A stretch of DNA of 64,000 bases from assembly GCA_025999155.1 (NCBI GenBank), contig AP026679.1, positions 17,408 to 81,407 of the forward strand, written 5' to 3'. Made by a program: the position numbers and the translations under genes. Origin of the DNA: Candidatus Dojkabacteria bacterium. Its GTDB lineage: Bacteria > Patescibacteriota > Dojkabacteria > JAOAGR01. Shown piece by piece: positions 61,451-64,000 of the stretch (positions are counted from its first letter, which is position 1; each line of letters starts with the position of its first letter). The notes below the pieces were generated by a model. The model was not told the DNA's origin. It did no database searches and saw only the letters and a program-made list of their open reading frames with translations.

Positions 61451-63025
61451 ATGAAAATTTACTTTATCGCTATATGTGGTAAGGGGTCAGGTAACCTTGC
61501 TGTGTTTTTAAAGCAACAGGGACATGAAGTTTACGGTTCTGAATATTCAGAGAAGACTTTTTATCCTCCTATTGCAGATTTGATAAGAGAAAACCGTATT
61601 CCAGTAGATTTCGGCTTTGATCCTGATAAAATTACTCCTGATATTGATTTAGTAATTCTTGGTGGCGCAGCTTTGATACATGACAAGAATAATCCTCAAG
61701 TAAAAAGAGCCAAGGAGCTTGGTATCGAGGTTATAACTACTGCTAGAGGGATTGGTCGTTTTATTTCAAAAGACAATCATATTTCTGTTGTCGGTAACCA
61801 TGGTAAGACTACTACCACTGCGCTTATCGCAAAGACTCTAATGTCATGCAATGAAGATGTTTCGTATTTCATAGGAGAGGCACCCTTTGAGTTTGCTAAT
61901 TCAATTTATTCGGGGACATCATCATGGTCAGTAGCAGAGGGGGATGAGCATCCATCTCTTGGGCAAGAGGAAGGAGGCAAGTTTTTATATCATAAGCCTA
62001 AGCACGTAGTTTTTATTTCTGCCGATTGGGATCATAAGAACGTTTATCGGACATTGCAATCATACTTGGATGCGTATATTCAACTTATGAGGATTCTGCC
62101 TTCTGATGGCAGGGTCATAGCTTGTTTGGACGGTATGAACGTCTGTGAGGTTTTACAACAATCTGGTATCTCAAATCTTATGACTTTCTATACCATCAGT
62201 GAACTAAAGAATATGGTAGGTGGTATAGAACCAAGCGTATTAGAGCATAATATAGAAATACTCGTGGAAGAGTACAAAAACCGTTTTCCGGATCTTTTTA
62301 TGCAGGCGGATTACGTATATTATATCGGCGAAGTCGATTATAGATGGATGCCTGATTCTATACGTTTCCTAGTCAAAAGATATGACCTTAATACAAGAAA
62401 TAAAGAAAAAATAGGCTACTTTGAAACTCATCTAATTGGACAAATTGGACTAGAAAATTCATTAGCTACCATTGCGACTCTTTTAACACTAGGTTTTGAT
62501 ACTGAATGTGTTAAAAAAGGTGTAGGCGAGTTTAAGGGAGTGAGGAGAAGATTAGAAATGATTTATGACAGGGAGTATAAAGTGATAAATGATTTTGCTC
62601 ATTCACCTATAAAAATCAAAAGGACACTTCAATCAGTACGTACGAAATTTTACGATAGAAAAATATTCGTGATTTTTCAGGTTGGCCAATCTGCTCTGAA
62701 AGAAAAACGTACTTTTTACGAGTTGAAAAATGTGTTTAATCTTGCTGACTATGTAATCATTCCTCGAGTTATGCCTGATGTAAATTCTCCAGAACAATTT
62801 TTTGGGAAGGATTACCGAGATCTCATAAAAGAGGGAGCTTCAGAAGAGCAAATTTTTTTAAAGCCTCAAAACGTATTTTATACACCGCTTGCTACACACT
62901 TGAAAAGTGTGTTAGAAAATAACTTGGAACACAATGATGTTATAGTGATAATGAGTAGCACTGATAATACTGAAATCATTGAGTTAGTTAAGGGGTTGCA
63001 AGTTAAATCACTACCGATAAATTAA
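61451..63025 (+). CDS. Mur ligase, Mpl/MurC family
   Basis: FIAICGKG, GNHGKTTTT, EGDE, DWDH, GVRRRLE, DFAHSP. Confidence 0.85.
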   Translation: MKIYFIAICGKGSGNLAVFLKQQGHEVYGSEYSEKTFYPPIADLIRENRIPVDFGFDPDKITPDIDLVILGGAALIHDKNNPQVKRAKELGIEVITTARGIGRFISKDNHISVVGNHGKTTTTALIAKTLMSCNEDVSYFIGEAPFEFANSIYSGTSSWSVAEGDEHPSLGQEEGGKFLYHKPKHVVFISADWDHKNVYRTLQSYLDAYIQLMRILPSDGRVIACLDGMNVCEVLQQSGISNLMTFYTISELKNMVGGIEPSVLEHNIEILVEEYKNRFPDLFMQADYVYYIGEVDYRWMPDSIRFLVKRYDLNTRNKEKIGYFETHLIGQIGLENSLATIATLLTLGFDTECVKKGVGEFKGVRRRLEMIYDREYKVINDFAHSPIKIKRTLQSVRTKFYDRKIFVIFQVGQSALKEKRTFYELKNVFNLADYVIIPRVMPDVNSPEQFFGKDYRDLIKEGASEEQIFLKPQNVFYTPLATHLKSVLENNLEHNDVIVIMSSTDNTEIIELVKGLQVKSLPIN

Positions 63026-63059
63026 AGACATGATATAATTTTACGAAATTATTTAAATT

Positions 63060-64000
63060 ATGCTAACTTTTAACTTTGACCCTTATCTTCAAGTTTTACC
63101 TAATTTTATTATTGCTTTTTTTATGGGTCTACTTTTGACTCCTATTTTGCGGTTTATTGGGCTAAAATTCGGGTTTGCTACCTTGCCTGCTTCTCAATCG
63201 CGTCCAGATGAAAGAGGCAACAATGTCAAGCTGCATAAAATTACGATTTCAAGACTGGGTGAATTTGCAATGGTCATTCCCTTGATTATTCTCATGTGGC
63301 GTGATCTTAATTTTGATTCTCCTCAAATTTTCGGTATTACCCTTTCAATTATTTTCATAGCAGTTATCGGAGCACTTGACTCAAAATATGATCTATCTGA
63401 GTTTGTAAAGCTTTTTGCTTTATTTTTTTCATCTGTGATATTAGTTTTTACTGGAACAATCATAGATATACATTCGATTATCGATTTGAGACAGTATGAT
63501 ATTCTTATTAATAATCCTATTACCTTAGAAAAACTATCGATAATATCAGCTTTTGCGACAATACTATGGATATGTATTGTTTCTACAGCATTAAGTTATG
63601 TTGGGGGAGTTGATGGGCTTTCTGAAGGAACTTCTGCAATAGCCATTTTAATGCTGACTCTGATCGGAATTAGAAATGGAGATACAGTCACAATCGTAAT
63701 AGGCTCTTTGTGTCTAGGGGGGCTGTGTGGTCTGATACCTTACAACTTTTACCCAAAAACTATAATGTCGGAACATTTGATTTATGGGTTGGTGATCGCT
63801 ATTTTAGCTATCATTACAAAAGGCAAAATTGCAACGAGTTTGCTGATAATAACTATTCCCCTAATTGATTTTATTTTTGTATTTGTTGATCGTAGTATTA
63901 GATACTTCAAATCGAACCAAAATACAATTAGCATCAAAGCATATTTGCATGCTTTGGGAACACCAGAAAAAAACCATTTGCATCATAAATTATTACAATT
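63060..64000 (+). CDS. WecA/TagO (MraY-family) polyprenyl-phosphate sugar-1-P transferase-like protein, 3'-truncated, not in the ORF track
   Basis: Open frame from ATG 63060 to the window end with LH..ISRLG, GALDS, GGVDGL, PYNFYP, IPLID and HLHHKL. Confidence 0.8.
   Translation, partial: MLTFNFDPYLQVLPNFIIAFFMGLLLTPILRFIGLKFGFATLPASQSRPDERGNNVKLHKITISRLGEFAMVIPLIILMWRDLNFDSPQIFGITLSIIFIAVIGALDSKYDLSEFVKLFALFFSSVILVFTGTIIDIHSIIDLRQYDILINNPITLEKLSIISAFATILWICIVSTALSYVGGVDGLSEGTSAIAILMLTLIGIRNGDTVTIVIGSLCLGGLCGLIPYNFYPKTIMSEHLIYGLVIAILAIITKGKIATSLLIITIPLIDFIFVFVDRSIRYFKSNQNTISIKAYLHALGTPEKNHLHHKLLQ

Noticed and set aside
1-64000. Alternative genetic code (TGA recoding, as in Gracilibacteria/Absconditabacteria)
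   Set aside because: Core genes are full-length under code 11, TGA ends several genes, and prfB is present.

Overview
AT-rich, gene-dense chromosomal segment using genetic code 11. The gene content (secG next to a peptide-binding protein, a PrgI/TraC-like pair, trigger factor without an FKBP domain, a wHTH-nucleotidyltransferase protein, scattered dcw and suf genes) suggests a Patescibacteria/CPR bacterium, possibly Dojkabacteria/Microgenomates-like; this is inference. The window is mostly housekeeping genes: mraZ-rsmH-ftsL-ftsI-vanY, uvrA, sufCB, mltG, argS, ftsW, gpmI, glycosyltransferases, tig-secG, parB, recJ, dnaK, prfB, ychF, trxA, gmk, gltX, dusB, parA, holA, tsaD, groES-groEL, an mpl/murC-like ligase, a wecA-like gene and two tRNAs. 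I saw no CRISPR array, prophage or intact IS. The most notable signals are: (1) a recurring (TG-N-)TAnnnT-6/7 nt-ATG arrangement suggesting widespread leaderless mRNAs; (2) a divergent CIRCE-like operator upstream of both dnaK and groES; (3) a non-mobile PrgI + TraC-N pair beside an ATP-grasp ligase and parA; (4) a ~100-aa coiled-coil insertion in FtsI; (5) several enzymes with eroded catalytic motifs (ABC ATPase, WecA-like, Gmk, HTH-NTase); (6) a 17-bp tandem duplication that frameshifts an msrQ-like gene; (7) an A18/G55 elbow in tRNA-Met. All calls come from manual motif reading; no searches were run.
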